Shown here: in pieces, positions 7,724-17,558 of the stretch
How the letters are laid out: each line of letters starts with the position of its first letter
How positions within the stretch are numbered: the first letter of the stretch is position 1
Source of the DNA: Candidatus Hadarchaeota archaeon
GTDB taxonomy: Archaea; Hadarchaeota; Hadarchaeia; Hadarchaeales; Hadarchaeaceae
DNA length: 32,000 nucleotides
Assembly (NCBI GenBank): GCA_964514965.1
Contig: CAZETV010000001.1
Coordinates: 813,063 to 845,062 of the forward strand
Direction of reading: 5' to 3'
The notes under the pieces: model-generated
What the model was told of the DNA's origin: nothing
Seen by the model: only the letters and a program-made list of their open reading frames with translations
The model's database searches: none
Made by a program: the position numbers and the translations under genes

Positions 7724-9034
7724 GTGAAAGTGGTATCGAACTCTAAGAATGAATCGTTGGTGAGGCTGGCCTTGATTGCTCCCGAATATGTAGCAACGCT
7801 AGACCCGTTTGGAGATGAGGCAAAGAAGCTGGTGGAGAAGTCACCCCCGCTGGATTCGATGCCGCAGGAAATAGTCGACCGAGCCATCGCGCGCGTGAAA
7901 TGGTCGAGCAAGGAAATGGTGGTTGAGTCTGATATCGAGGCAATTCGAGCTGACGTTCTCTCCTTTTATCTCATGTGCCAGGGCGTGGCCGCGGTTTCCT
8001 ACCCCTACTCGCGCGAGACCCGCATGATAAGTGACATGACAAAGAACGCGATCAAGTATCGCATGTACGACCTCTTCAAGCGCGGGCACGGTAATTTGTG
8101 TTTGGAGGTGGTTAAGCGTTCGATTAAACTCGTTGAGCTGGAGGAAGGCGATGTGGTCAAGCTCGGTAGTGTAGAAATTCCTCGGGAGGACCTCTACAAG
8201 ATACGCGACCGACGCCTCGCGGAGGACGGCGTAGAGACAATAGACGATCGCTTGCTCCCGCAGTATTTGCCCAGATACGGGGTGCGCTGGACGGATCTGG
8301 CTCTCCTGCTCAGACATCGACGCGCCGAGCTGACGAAGTTCTATCTGGTGAACGGCAGGGCGGTGATTACTCCCCGTGATCTCTGGGATCTTTTTTCGGC
8401 CTTCATAGCCGTGCGAACAGAGGAATACGTGACATTGGTGTACGAGCGCTTCTCGGACGTTGGGGCGCCACCCGAGCGGCTCACCGAAGTTGGCGAACGC
8501 ATTTCCTCGCTTTTGCCGCCGGAACTCGAACTTCGCGAGAGGTTTGCGCGCGTGCCGGGAGGAAAGCTTCGCCCGGACTCTTTCCCACCTTGCGTGAAAA
8601 CAGCAATGGGCGGGGTCGGCTCTGGAATGAGGAACTATGCGATCACTTTTCTGCTGACTTCGTTTCTCTCTTACGCGCGCGTTTCCCCCTCGGGCAAGGT
8701 CGCCAATCGGATTGGTGATTTCATCAAGGACATTTCGGTCGTTCGGGATGAGATTGCGGCTCCAATTTTTGAAGCGGCCGAGCGATGCAAACCACCGTTT
8801 TTCAAAGATCAACCCCAAGAAAAGGCAAATGTTTACTACCACCTCGGGTTCGGCATGACGACCGAGCCCCGCTTGGACGGCAGTGGAAAATCGAAGTGGT
8901 ACCGTTGCCCGAATTGTTCGAAAATACAGATGTCGGCCGCATCGCTCTGCGACCCAGACGAATTTTGCCGTGACCGTAAGATAAAGAATCCACTCACCTA
9001 TTATTTTAGAAAAGTATCCGAGGCAGGTGGATAA
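7724..9034 (+). CDS. priL: DNA primase large subunit PriL
   Basis: C-terminal Fe-S cysteine pattern (FPPCVKTA, CKPPFFKD, CPNCSKIQ, CDPDEFC) and position before priS. Confidence 0.93.
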   Translation: MKVVSNSKNESLVRLALIAPEYVATLDPFGDEAKKLVEKSPPLDSMPQEIVDRAIARVKWSSKEMVVESDIEAIRADVLSFYLMCQGVAAVSYPYSRETRMISDMTKNAIKYRMYDLFKRGHGNLCLEVVKRSIKLVELEEGDVVKLGSVEIPREDLYKIRDRRLAEDGVETIDDRLLPQYLPRYGVRWTDLALLLRHRRAELTKFYLVNGRAVITPRDLWDLFSAFIAVRTEEYVTLVYERFSDVGAPPERLTEVGERISSLLPPELELRERFARVPGGKLRPDSFPPCVKTAMGGVGSGMRNYAITFLLTSFLSYARVSPSGKVANRIGDFIKDISVVRDEIAAPIFEAAERCKPPFFKDQPQEKANVYYHLGFGMTTEPRLDGSGKSKWYRCPNCSKIQMSAASLCDPDEFCRDRKIKNPLTYYFRKVSEAGG

Positions 9035-9991
9035 ATGAAAATGCGCGAGGCAACCCCAGAGGAGCGAAAGCAATTTTACTCCGAGGAATGGAACAAAAGC
9101 GAGTTGCCCGATTTTATCCTCCACACCCTTTCCCTCCGTGAGTTCGGGTTCGATCTGGATGGCACGGGGCCAAGCCACAGATACAATCAGTTCATGACCG
9201 TCGAGAGACTGATGGAGTATTTACGAAACAGGGTGCCTTACTCCGTCTTCGCCAGCGTCGCACTTTACGATCAGCCGTCGATGCGGAAGGGGTGGCTGAA
9301 ATCCGAGCTCGCGTTTGATATAGACGCGAAGGATCTCCCTCTGAAAAGTTGCGATTGCACGTCCGGGAAAGTTTGTGAACGATGCATCGATGAGGCCCGT
9401 CGAATCGCGATGGAGTTCGCCGAGACCATGAGCACGGATTTGGGGCTGCGTAACATCGTCTTTTCATATTCGGGTCGCGGCTTCCACATTCGAGTAAATG
9501 ACGATACAATAATGACGTTGGAGCAAACCGAGCGAACCCAAGTTGTTGAGTATGTCACCGGCAGCGTGATCCCTACCGATTTCACGATGGCGCTTGGGTA
9601 TTCTCAGGTATTTCGGGAGCGCCTCGCGCGGACTTTAAGGGGGATGGACGAGCAGCGACTTTTGAAAGCTCGCGGATTGAGAAAGTCCATGATTCAAAAA
9701 CTCTTGGCGGAGAAGGAACGGGCTTTGGAGGCGATACGCAGGGGAAAATTGGATGAGCTTTCCTCGCTCGGTGGGTTTGGCCCAAAGACATTTCGACAAC
9801 TTTTGGATTTTTTGGTTAGGCTGAATTCGGAATGCACAGATGGTAAGGTCACGATTGACACGAAGCGCATCTTGCGTTTACCCTCAAGCTTACACTCAGG
9901 AGTGAGCATGAAATGTATGGTCGTGCGGGACATGGAGCATTTCAAGCTGGAAGACGCGCTCCCAAAATTTGTACGTGAGCGTGAGAGCTGA
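9035..9991 (+). CDS. priS: DNA primase catalytic small subunit PriS
   Basis: Catalytic ELAFDIDAKD, zinc-binding CDCTSGKVCERC, FSYSGRGFHIRVND. Confidence 0.95.
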   Translation: MKMREATPEERKQFYSEEWNKSELPDFILHTLSLREFGFDLDGTGPSHRYNQFMTVERLMEYLRNRVPYSVFASVALYDQPSMRKGWLKSELAFDIDAKDLPLKSCDCTSGKVCERCIDEARRIAMEFAETMSTDLGLRNIVFSYSGRGFHIRVNDDTIMTLEQTERTQVVEYVTGSVIPTDFTMALGYSQVFRERLARTLRGMDEQRLLKARGLRKSMIQKLLAEKERALEAIRRGKLDELSSLGGFGPKTFRQLLDFLVRLNSECTDGKVTIDTKRILRLPSSLHSGVSMKCMVVRDMEHFKLEDALPKFVRERES

Positions 9992-10542
9992 TGGTTGAAT
10001 TTTCGTATAATGACGTGAAGCAGGTGTGGTTGGCGGAAAAAACTTCGCGCGAGCTCGTGGAGATCCCAGAGGAATTCTACCAAAATGCAGCTAAGTACGT
10101 GGTGCAGCTGAATCTCGAGCTCAAGCGCAGCGAACCCCTGCGGGAGGAGCTGTTGCGTGAGGAACTCCAAAATGTGTTTCAGATGGTACAGGAGATTTAC
10201 CTCTCCCGCACGCTCAAGGCCATCGATGAGGTAACTCAGGGGAGGCTGCCGAATCCCTTGCTGGAGCGCGAGCGCTACGCGTTTAACGAGATAAGGCAGA
10301 GCTTGGAGAAACTTTGTGCCGAACTCATCCCTCCAACGATTTCCGGGGGTGCGGAACTCGCGATGTCTCGTGAGATAACAAATGTTTTATTGATTATGCA
10401 GGATGAGGTTCCGACCATAGTCGGCGATGACCTCCAGCAATACGGGCCATTCAAGAAGGGAGAGATCGCCAGCCTACCGAGACGCAGCGCTGAACTCATG
10501 GTGAAGCATGGTCTCGCGAGAAAAATTGAGGTAAATGGTTAG
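9991..10542 (+). CDS. GINS complex subunit (Gins51/Gins15 type)
   Basis: 183 aa helical protein following priS with C-terminal YGPFKKGEIASLPRRSAELMVKHGLARKI typical of the GINS B-domain. Confidence 0.82.
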   Translation: MVEFSYNDVKQVWLAEKTSRELVEIPEEFYQNAAKYVVQLNLELKRSEPLREELLREELQNVFQMVQEIYLSRTLKAIDEVTQGRLPNPLLERERYAFNEIRQSLEKLCAELIPPTISGGAELAMSREITNVLLIMQDEVPTIVGDDLQQYGPFKKGEIASLPRRSAELMVKHGLARKIEVNG

Positions 10543-10589
10543 TCGGCGATACCTTTTTTTGGGGAAGAGGCTAAAATTTAAGAGATTAC

Positions 10590-10868
10590 ATGAAAGTTCC
10601 AAAAAAGCTTCACACATATTGCCCGTCTTGTAGGAAGCACACCGGGCACAAGGTGTCCCAACTTAAAAAGCGCGCCCCGCGCCGGCTGAGTTGGGGGCAG
10701 CGTCAGTTCGCGCGTGTCACGTCTGGGTACGGCAGCCAGCCTAGGTCCGAGCAGAAGAAATTTGCGAAGGCGACAAAGAAGGTGGTCCTGATGCTTAAGT
10801 GTAGTGTCTGCGGGAAGTCCCACCCTCGTCGCGGTTTTAGGGCGAAAAGTGTGAAGTTTGAGGAATAG
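10590..10868 (+). CDS. rpl44e: 50S ribosomal protein L44e (eL42)
   Basis: MKVPKKLHTYCPSCRKHTGHKV...LKCSVCGKSHPRRGFRAKSVKFE. Confidence 0.95.
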   Translation: MKVPKKLHTYCPSCRKHTGHKVSQLKKRAPRRLSWGQRQFARVTSGYGSQPRSEQKKFAKATKKVVLMLKCSVCGKSHPRRGFRAKSVKFEE

Positions 10869-10876
10869 GTGAGCAA

Positions 10877-11056
10877 ATGCAGGAAAAACAGCGCTCGAAA
10901 TTTTTGAAGCTTAGATGTAATGGTTGCGAGAATGAACAGTTGGTGTACAGTCATGTTAGCTCTATCGTCAAATGCAAAGTATGTGGCAAGACGCTCGCGA
11001 TACCGCGTGGAGGAAAGGCGGAGATAAAGACCACGATTCTTGGTATGGTGGAGTGA
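10877..11056 (+). CDS. rps27e: 30S ribosomal protein S27e (eS27), 59 aa, not in the ORF track
   Basis: Read from sequence: MQEKQRSKFLKLRCNGCENEQLVYSHVSSIVKCKVCGKTLAIPRGGKAEIKTTILGMVE; four-Cys zinc finger; neighbour of eL42 and aIF2-alpha. Confidence 0.93.
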   Translation: MQEKQRSKFLKLRCNGCENEQLVYSHVSSIVKCKVCGKTLAIPRGGKAEIKTTILGMVE

Positions 11057-11066
11057 AGGGGGCGTT

Positions 11067-11867
11067 TTGCTGGTAAAACGTAAGTCGAAGTGGCCGACCG
11101 TTGATGAGTTCGTCATGTGTACGGTAAAAAAGGTCTTCAATCAAGGCGCATTCATGAGGCTCGATGAGTATGACGGAGAAGAAGGAATGGTTCACATCTC
11201 TGAGGTCGCTTCGGGCTGGATTAAAAACATTCGTGATTACGTTCGAGAGGGGCAAAAAGTGGTGTGCAAAGTTTTGGCAGTGGACCCAAAACGAAAGCAT
11301 GTTGACCTCTCGATTCGCAGGGTCAAGGACAGCGAGCGCCGGTGGAAGGTGCAGCAGTTAAAACGGGAGCAGAGAGCTGAGAAGCTTCTTGAACTGGCGG
11401 CGGGCAGGCTCGGGAAAAATCTTGACGAAGCATACGAGGAAGTGGGCCTTGCGTTGGAGAACAAATTTGGTGACCTTTACTCGGCGCTCGAGTCGGCTGC
11501 AAAGGACAAGAGCGCACTGGTTGATGTGGTCAAGGACCAGCGTTGGGCGGAGGTGCTCAGCGATATTGCGGCCTCAAAGGTCGAAGCGCCGTCTTATGAC
11601 GTCGTTGGTTACCTCGACTTGAGTTGTCCTTCCTCCAGTGGTATCGAGGTGATAAAATCAGCCATGATTGACATCCGCGACTCCACGAAGGGGAATGGGA
11701 TTAATGTGGAGTTTTACTATGTGGGTTCGCCGAGATATCGTATCGAGGTTACTGCCCCCTCGTACAAAGTTGCTGAAAACGTGATGCAGAAGGCAGTTGA
11801 TGAGGTCATCGCAGTCGTGAAAAAGGCAGGCGGTAAAGGAGAATTTTACAGGACGATGCGGAGATGA
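11067..11867 (+). CDS. Translation initiation factor aIF2 alpha subunit (start probably TTG 11067)
   Basis: S1 domain: EFVMCTVKKVFNQGAFMRLDEYDGEEGMVHISEVASGWIKNIRDYVREGQKVVCKVLAVDPKRKHVDLS. Confidence 0.93.
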   Translation: MLVKRKSKWPTVDEFVMCTVKKVFNQGAFMRLDEYDGEEGMVHISEVASGWIKNIRDYVREGQKVVCKVLAVDPKRKHVDLSIRRVKDSERRWKVQQLKREQRAEKLLELAAGRLGKNLDEAYEEVGLALENKFGDLYSALESAAKDKSALVDVVKDQRWAEVLSDIAASKVEAPSYDVVGYLDLSCPSSSGIEVIKSAMIDIRDSTKGNGINVEFYYVGSPRYRIEVTAPSYKVAENVMQKAVDEVIAVVKKAGGKGEFYRTMRR

Positions 11868-12025
11868 AATTAAAAAAATGTAAATCGTGTGGTGCGTATA
11901 CGCTTAAGGATGTGTGCCCGAGTTGTAGCGGACAAGCAATTTCACCTCACCCACCCAAATTCTCACCTCTCGACCCCTACGGCAAATACCGGCGTATGCT
12001 GAAAAAGCAGGCGGGGAAGGTTTGA
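11864..12025 (+). CDS. nop10: H/ACA RNP protein Nop10, 53 aa, not in the ORF track
   Basis: MKLKKCKSCGAYTLKDVCPSCSGQAISPHPPKFSPLDPYGKYRRMLKKQAGKV; overlaps the aIF2-alpha stop by 4 nt. Confidence 0.95.
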   Translation: MKLKKCKSCGAYTLKDVCPSCSGQAISPHPPKFSPLDPYGKYRRMLKKQAGKV

Positions 12026-12789
12026 AAATGGAAAAGACGACTGTGAAAATTCTCTCAAAGCCCAAGCTAAAGGCGCCGGGCCTAATCGAGGGCTTACCGG
12101 GCATGGGTTACGTTGGAAAGTTGGCGGCTGAGCACTTGCTGGAAGAGCTTCACGCAAAAAAATTTGCTGAGCTTTGTTCGCCTTACTTCCCACATCATGT
12201 TGTGGTCAAAGCGGACGGCACACTAAGGCCGCTGAGGAACGAATTTTATTGGGCACGCGCCGATGGCAAAGATGTTATAATTTTGACCGGGGATGTACAG
12301 CCGATATCTTCTGAGGGACACTATGAGGTCGTCAAAAACATCCTCGGCATTGTAGAGAAGTTCAAGGTGAAACAGCTCTTCACCCTCGGCGGGTATGCCA
12401 CGGGTAAGTATTCGAAGACGAAGCCGAAAGTCATAGGGGTGGGGAACCCCGCGCTTTTGAAGGAATTCAAGAAGTATGGCGTCGAGGTGGAGGAAGGTGG
12501 AGGGCCGATAATTGGTGCTGCGGGTTTGTTGCTGGGGCTTGGAAGACTGCGCGGGATACGCGGGGCATGTTTACTTGGTGAAACCCACGGGATGATGGTT
12601 GACCACCGCGCTGCGCAGGCGGTACTAGAGGTGCTCGTTGGCGTGTTGGGTATAAATGTAAACATGACTGCTCTCGAACATCGCGCGAGGGAAACGGAGC
12701 GTATGCTAGATCAGATACGGAAAGAGATGGATATTCATACGAACAAGGAGCGGCGGCGCGAAGAGGAAGATGCGTGGTATATAGGGTAG
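12022..12789 (+). CDS. Proteasome assembly chaperone family (PAC2) protein
   Basis: KAPGLIEGLPGMGYVGKLAAEHLLEEL...FTLGGYATGK...GAAGLLLGLGRLRGIRGACLLGETHG. Confidence 0.85.
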   Translation: MKMEKTTVKILSKPKLKAPGLIEGLPGMGYVGKLAAEHLLEELHAKKFAELCSPYFPHHVVVKADGTLRPLRNEFYWARADGKDVIILTGDVQPISSEGHYEVVKNILGIVEKFKVKQLFTLGGYATGKYSKTKPKVIGVGNPALLKEFKKYGVEVEEGGGPIIGAAGLLLGLGRLRGIRGACLLGETHGMMVDHRAAQAVLEVLVGVLGINVNMTALEHRARETERMLDQIRKEMDIHTNKERRREEEDAWYIG

Positions 12790-12901
12790 ATTTTTTCCTA
12801 GATGGCAACTTCGGATCGGTAGATTAACCTTTGGAGTGAGGGTTAACAGAATCCTCTTAAGCTTTTAAAACGTTGAACCGCAACATCGAGTAGGTATCCG
12901 C

Positions 12902-14146
12902 GTGCCTGAGTTCCAAACTTATCCCGCTGACTTACACATACATTCCAAATACTCGGGTGCAACTTCAAAGAGGATGGATTTGGATATCGTCGCGCAGCAG
13001 GCCAAACTCAAGGGTCTGGCGTTCGTGGGCACGGGCGATGTTTTTCATCCTAGGTGGTTTGAGAGCATAAAAACGGAGCTCGAGGAAATCGCAGAGGGTA
13101 CATTCGAGCATCCCCGCTACCACACAAAGTTCGTTCTGACCGTGGAGATCGAAGACAGGCACCGCGTTCACCATTTAATTTTTCTGCCTAGCCTTTCCAC
13201 CGTCGAAAGTGTGCGTGAGGAACTCGCAAAACATTCAAGTGACATAAATGCAGATGGACGTGCACGAATTGAGTTGGATGCCCCGGGAATAGTTGACATA
13301 GCACTGGCGCATGACTGTTTGATCGGGCCCAGCCACGCTTTCACGCCGTGGACAAGCATGTACAAGGAATTCGACAGCATGCGGGCCTGCTATGGTGACA
13401 GGGTGAACGACGTGAAATTCTTGGAGCTCGGGCTGAGTGCGGACACCTCCATGGCGGATCAGATTGCGGAGCTGGGAGATGTTACCTTCTTGGCGAATAG
13501 CGATGCCCATTCACCTTGGCCCGATAAATTAGGGCGCGAGTTCAACCGCTTCGAGCTGATGGAACCGACCTACGCTGAGATTATTAAAGCGATCAAGCGG
13601 GAAAATGGGCGACATATCGTACTGAATGTCGGTTTCGATCCCCGCTTGGGTAAATATCACATGACTGCCTGTTCGCGTTGTTACAAGCAGTTCACATTTG
13701 AGCAAGCGAAAGCATCGCGATGGCGTTGCGATAAATGTGGCGGATGGGTCAAGAAGGGGGTCCGGGACCGTGTCAGTGAGCTTGCTGATTATCCGGAGCC
13801 AAGACATCCGCCTCATCGACCCGACTACTTACGGATAGCGCCGCTCGCCGAAGTTATTGCATTGGCGCTGGGAGAAAAAAATGCTCACGTTCCTGAAGTC
13901 CAATCGATGTGGGAGAAGCTTGTTTCACGTTTCGGCAACGAGATTGGAGTGCTCGTAGATGTCCCTCCAGAGGAGCTCGCAAATGCAGCTGGGACGAAAG
14001 TTGCGGCAGTAATCAAGGCATTTAGAGCGGGCGAGTTGAAGGTGATTGCAGGGGGAGGGGGAAGATACGGATATCTTGAAATCCCTCTCGAGCTTACCAC
14101 AACCTTACCTCCGAAAGCTCAACGCACGCTGATGGATTTTGGGTAA
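12902..14146 (+). CDS. Endonuclease Q (EndoQ), PHP-domain DNA repair nuclease (GTG start)
   Basis: DLHIHSKYSGATSKRM; GTGDVFHP; CSRCYKQF..CDKCGGW; C-terminal QRTLMDFG PIP-like motif. Confidence 0.88.
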   Translation: MPEFQTYPADLHIHSKYSGATSKRMDLDIVAQQAKLKGLAFVGTGDVFHPRWFESIKTELEEIAEGTFEHPRYHTKFVLTVEIEDRHRVHHLIFLPSLSTVESVREELAKHSSDINADGRARIELDAPGIVDIALAHDCLIGPSHAFTPWTSMYKEFDSMRACYGDRVNDVKFLELGLSADTSMADQIAELGDVTFLANSDAHSPWPDKLGREFNRFELMEPTYAEIIKAIKRENGRHIVLNVGFDPRLGKYHMTACSRCYKQFTFEQAKASRWRCDKCGGWVKKGVRDRVSELADYPEPRHPPHRPDYLRIAPLAEVIALALGEKNAHVPEVQSMWEKLVSRFGNEIGVLVDVPPEELANAAGTKVAAVIKAFRAGELKVIAGGGGRYGYLEIPLELTTTLPPKAQRTLMDFG

Positions 14147-14286
14147 AAGTCTTACGTTTTCCCCATTTCGATTAAGGAATTAAAAATTTTAGACGTGCTG
14201 CTAATTCTTCTTGATGCGGGAGGGATATAATGACGTTTTTTCCATTTTATAAATAGTAGTTATTGCTACTAATTTTGAGGCATGTG

Positions 14287-14460
14287 ATGAAGGTTGATAC
14301 AAACATCTGCATAAGGTGCGGTGCGTGTGCGAGCGTTTGTCCTGTAAATGCAATCGAAGTGGCGGATGCCTACGTTCGTGCTGATAAAAGCTGTAATGAC
14401 TGCGGGATTTGCGCAAAATTATGTCCTCTGGGGGCGGTAATGATTGAAAGAAAAGTATGA
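14287..14460 (+). CDS. 2[4Fe-4S] ferredoxin
   Basis: CIRCGACASVCPVNAI ... CNDCGICAKLCPLGAV; ATG at 14287. Confidence 0.93.
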   Translation: MKVDTNICIRCGACASVCPVNAIEVADAYVRADKSCNDCGICAKLCPLGAVMIERKV

Positions 14461-15634
14461 TATTGTAGTAGTAGGGGCGGGCCCAGCAGGGTCGATGGCT
14501 GCTCGGGCGGCTGCTAGAGCCGGGGCAGAAGTTTTGTTGCTCGATAAACGGCGCGAACTCGGGGTGCCGGTACAGTGCGGTGAAGCACTGGCGGAGGAGC
14601 CGCTGTTAGAGCTTGGGATAAAGCCGAACCCCCGATGGATAGCTGGCGAAGTGAACGCGGTTAAACTCATTTCACCATCTGGTCTCGAAGTTTCGATAGC
14701 AGAGAAAAAAGTAATGCACGGTAAAGTTGGCTTCATCTTAGATAGAAAGGTTTTCGACAAGCACCTCGCGATGCTCGCAGCCAAAGAAGGATCGGACGTG
14801 AGGGTTGGAACTTTGGTAGATGGGTTACTGATGGATGGAAAGAAAATAGTCGGCGTGAAGGCCCGCAGCTTTGACGGCAGAATGGAAGCCGAGGCAAAGA
14901 TTGTGATAGCGGCAGATGGGGTTGTTTCCAGAGTGGCGCGTTGGGCTGGCGTTAACACTGCGCTTAAACTGGTGGACATCGAGTCATGCGCGCAGTTCCA
15001 GATGGTTGGCATAGACATCAAGTCACTGGGGATTATGGATTACTATTTTGGGAGCAGGATTACACCTGGCGGTTACGCTTGGATATTCCCGAAGGGTAGA
15101 GATATGGCGAACGTAGGTATAGGTATCCTCGCTAGCCGTATGCAGCGTCCGGCGATAGATTATCTGAAAGACTTTGTGAATTCTATGCCCGGGCTCAAGA
15201 AGGGGCGGGTAATTGAAATAAATGGCGGCGGGGTGCCAGTCGGCGGCCCCATACCGAAGACATTCAAAGATAACTTGTTGATAGTTGGTGATGCAGCTCG
15301 TCAGGTCAACGCTCTGACGGGCGGCGGGATCGACTCAGCCATGCGCGCAGGAAATATAGCAGGCGAAGTTGCAGCGAAAGCGGTAGCTTCGGGGGATGTT
15401 TCAGAGAAAAAACTTAAAGAATACGAAAAGCTTTGGCGCGAGCGGATGGAGAAAAAATTCAAGCGTTATCTGAAGGCTAAAGAAGTGCTTTTGAGTATGT
15501 CCGACGAGGAGCTAGATCAGCTCGCGAAGGTTCTGCAGGGAGGGGAGTTCGAGAAAATAAGCCTGACCGACATATTGAAGGTATTAATGAAAGTTAGTCC
15601 GAAGCTCATGTGGAAGCTCAAAGGCCTGATGTGA
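14444..15634 (+). CDS. Geranylgeranyl reductase family protein (digeranylgeranylglycerophospholipid reductase)
   Basis: VVVGAGPAGSMAARAAARAGAEVLLLDKR...PVQCGEAL...LLIVGDAARQVNALTGGGIDSAM. Confidence 0.9.
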   Translation: MKEKYDIVVVGAGPAGSMAARAAARAGAEVLLLDKRRELGVPVQCGEALAEEPLLELGIKPNPRWIAGEVNAVKLISPSGLEVSIAEKKVMHGKVGFILDRKVFDKHLAMLAAKEGSDVRVGTLVDGLLMDGKKIVGVKARSFDGRMEAEAKIVIAADGVVSRVARWAGVNTALKLVDIESCAQFQMVGIDIKSLGIMDYYFGSRITPGGYAWIFPKGRDMANVGIGILASRMQRPAIDYLKDFVNSMPGLKKGRVIEINGGGVPVGGPIPKTFKDNLLIVGDAARQVNALTGGGIDSAMRAGNIAGEVAAKAVASGDVSEKKLKEYEKLWRERMEKKFKRYLKAKEVLLSMSDEELDQLAKVLQGGEFEKISLTDILKVLMKVSPKLMWKLKGLM

Positions 15635-15638
15635 AGAG

Positions 15639-16958
15639 TTAAGGGGTCAGCCTTTTCCTGTCCCGCGGGAACAGGACGCATTCTCGAATATTTTCGGCTC
15701 CAGTAAGGATCATCGTCAGACGATCCAGCCCAAGACCCCACCCAGCGTGTGGAGGTAAACCAGTCTGAAAGTTCTGCAGGTGCGACTTGAAACTTTCTAG
15801 GTTCAGCTCCTTCTCCTTCAGTCGCTTGATAAGGAGTTCGTGCTGGTGAATGCGCGTGCCGCCAGAGGCCAGTTCGATTTCGCCGTGCATTAGATCGAAG
15901 GACTCAGATAATTTTGGAGAACCGGGCTTCGATGCGGTGTAAAAAGGTTTTATTGCGAGTGGCCAGTCAACCACAAAATAAGCACCGCCGACCAGTTCGC
16001 CGAGTTTTCGCTCCGCTGGAGTCGACAGGTCCTCACCCCACGGAACTTTTACTCCCGCTCGTTCCAACTTCTCGAGGGCCTCGTCGTAAGTTACGCGCGG
16101 GAACGGTTTTTTCGGAACGTCCAGTTTGTGCTCAAGCACTTTCATTTCCTTTGCGCATGTTCGCTTTACCTGCGAGAAGACTTTAACGATTAAATCTTCA
16201 AGAATTTTCATCACGTCCTCAGCCGTCGCATACGCGGCCTCAATATCGATTGAAATTGCTTCGTTCAGGTGTCGCGGCGTGTCATGCTCCTCGGCGCGGT
16301 ATATCGGCCCAACCTCAAAGACGCGCTCGAAACAGCCCGTGAGCACCTCTTTGTAGAGCTGGGGGCTCTGGCTCAGGAAAGCTTCGCGCTCGAAGTAGGA
16401 AATGGGAAAAAGTGCGGCGCCGCTCTCGGTTGCGGTTGCCACGATTTTCGGCGTGTTTACTTCGATGAGGCCCTCTGAAATGAGATGTTCTCTCGCGCTC
16501 TGAAGGGCTTGGTGGCGAATTTTGAAGATAGCGAGCGACTCCGGGCGGCGGAGGTCAAGTGCCCGTGCATCTAGACGTGTATCCAAGTTAGCTTTTACCC
16601 GCCCTCTAGGGTCGAGTGGTAAAGGAACGGCGGCGAGGTTTAAAATTTTGACATCCGATGGCACAATCTCGACACCACGCGGGGCCTGCTTTGCGGCCAC
16701 GACTTTACCTTTCACTGCCACCGCTGACTCCTGGGTTAAGCTGTCGATTTTAGCCAGAACTTTTTTATCAGTTTTGGCTTTTGGCGCCGTAACTTGAATT
16801 TGGCCGGAAATATCAGAAAGAATAAAGAATTTGATCCCTCCAAGGTCGCGGGCGTCACCGACCCTCCCCATCGCAACAACTTCTTTACCGGCCAACTCAG
16901 GCGTGACCTCATTTGAAAGGTGCGTCCGCCGCCAGTTTTCTATTTCTTCGAGCTTCAT
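15639..16958 (-). CDS. aspS: Aspartyl-tRNA synthetase (archaeal type)
   Basis: LDTRLDARALDLRRPESLAIFKIR, SPQLYKEVL, FEVGPIYRAEEHDTPRHLNE, GWGLGLDRLTMILTGAENIRECVLFPRD. Confidence 0.95.
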   Translation of the reverse strand: MKLEEIENWRRTHLSNEVTPELAGKEVVAMGRVGDARDLGGIKFFILSDISGQIQVTAPKAKTDKKVLAKIDSLTQESAVAVKGKVVAAKQAPRGVEIVPSDVKILNLAAVPLPLDPRGRVKANLDTRLDARALDLRRPESLAIFKIRHQALQSAREHLISEGLIEVNTPKIVATATESGAALFPISYFEREAFLSQSPQLYKEVLTGCFERVFEVGPIYRAEEHDTPRHLNEAISIDIEAAYATAEDVMKILEDLIVKVFSQVKRTCAKEMKVLEHKLDVPKKPFPRVTYDEALEKLERAGVKVPWGEDLSTPAERKLGELVGGAYFVVDWPLAIKPFYTASKPGSPKLSESFDLMHGEIELASGGTRIHQHELLIKRLKEKELNLESFKSHLQNFQTGLPPHAGWGLGLDRLTMILTGAENIRECVLFPRDRKRLTP

Positions 16959-16965
16959 CTATTCC

Positions 16966-17532
16966 CTACTCAAATGCAAGTTTAATGTTTTTATTGGTTA
17001 GCTTTGTCAGGGCGGTTTGAATATCGTTAACGCTGGCTGGGAGGCGCTTCAGGTGTGAACGTGGTACCCTCACACGATACTCTTCCTCGCCCCCAGCATA
17101 GAGAACGTTGACACCCAAGACCTTTGCTGGTGTCAGAATGTCCCCTGCTAACTTACGGGTTTCGGTGCCTTCCTCGGCTATTCGGATTTTCGCTCGAAAT
17201 CCGTGCTCGAGTGCTCGGACAACTTTTCCGCCCCTCCCCACGACGAAACGTATTTCTCCACGCTTGACGGTGAGGACAATCAAATTGCCGGCAGCGATTG
17301 TGTGGTTAAGGTTTATTTTTTCCAGCCCCCGGTGTTTTTGCGCGAGCTTGAACAGAGTCCGGGACATTTTGACATCGAGTTCGGAAATCTTTCCCTCTTT
17401 TAACCTACTTTCGCAGCCCCGGCAGAGAATGCCGCTTTTGAGACAAATATTACAGATAGGTGCTCGCAAATTCAGACCTAGTAGTCCTTCGCTCTTTTGA
17501 TTTAAGGCTTTTAAACTGGGCGAAGGAGACAA
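16966..17532 (-). CDS. NusA-related KH-domain protein with N-terminal CxxC/CxxC element
   Basis: CNICLKSGILCRGC and KH-like GEIRFVVGRGGKVVRALEHGFRAKIRI. Confidence 0.75.
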   Translation of the reverse strand: MSPSPSLKALNQKSEGLLGLNLRAPICNICLKSGILCRGCESRLKEGKISELDVKMSRTLFKLAQKHRGLEKINLNHTIAAGNLIVLTVKRGEIRFVVGRGGKVVRALEHGFRAKIRIAEEGTETRKLAGDILTPAKVLGVNVLYAGGEEEYRVRVPRSHLKRLPASVNDIQTALTKLTNKNIKLAFE

Positions 17533-17558
17533 AAAAAATAAGAGAGCGCGGAAAGTGT

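Noticed and set aside
7841-9178. 445-aa minus-strand ORF opposite priL
   Set aside because: Antisense shadow of the confidently assigned primase large subunit.
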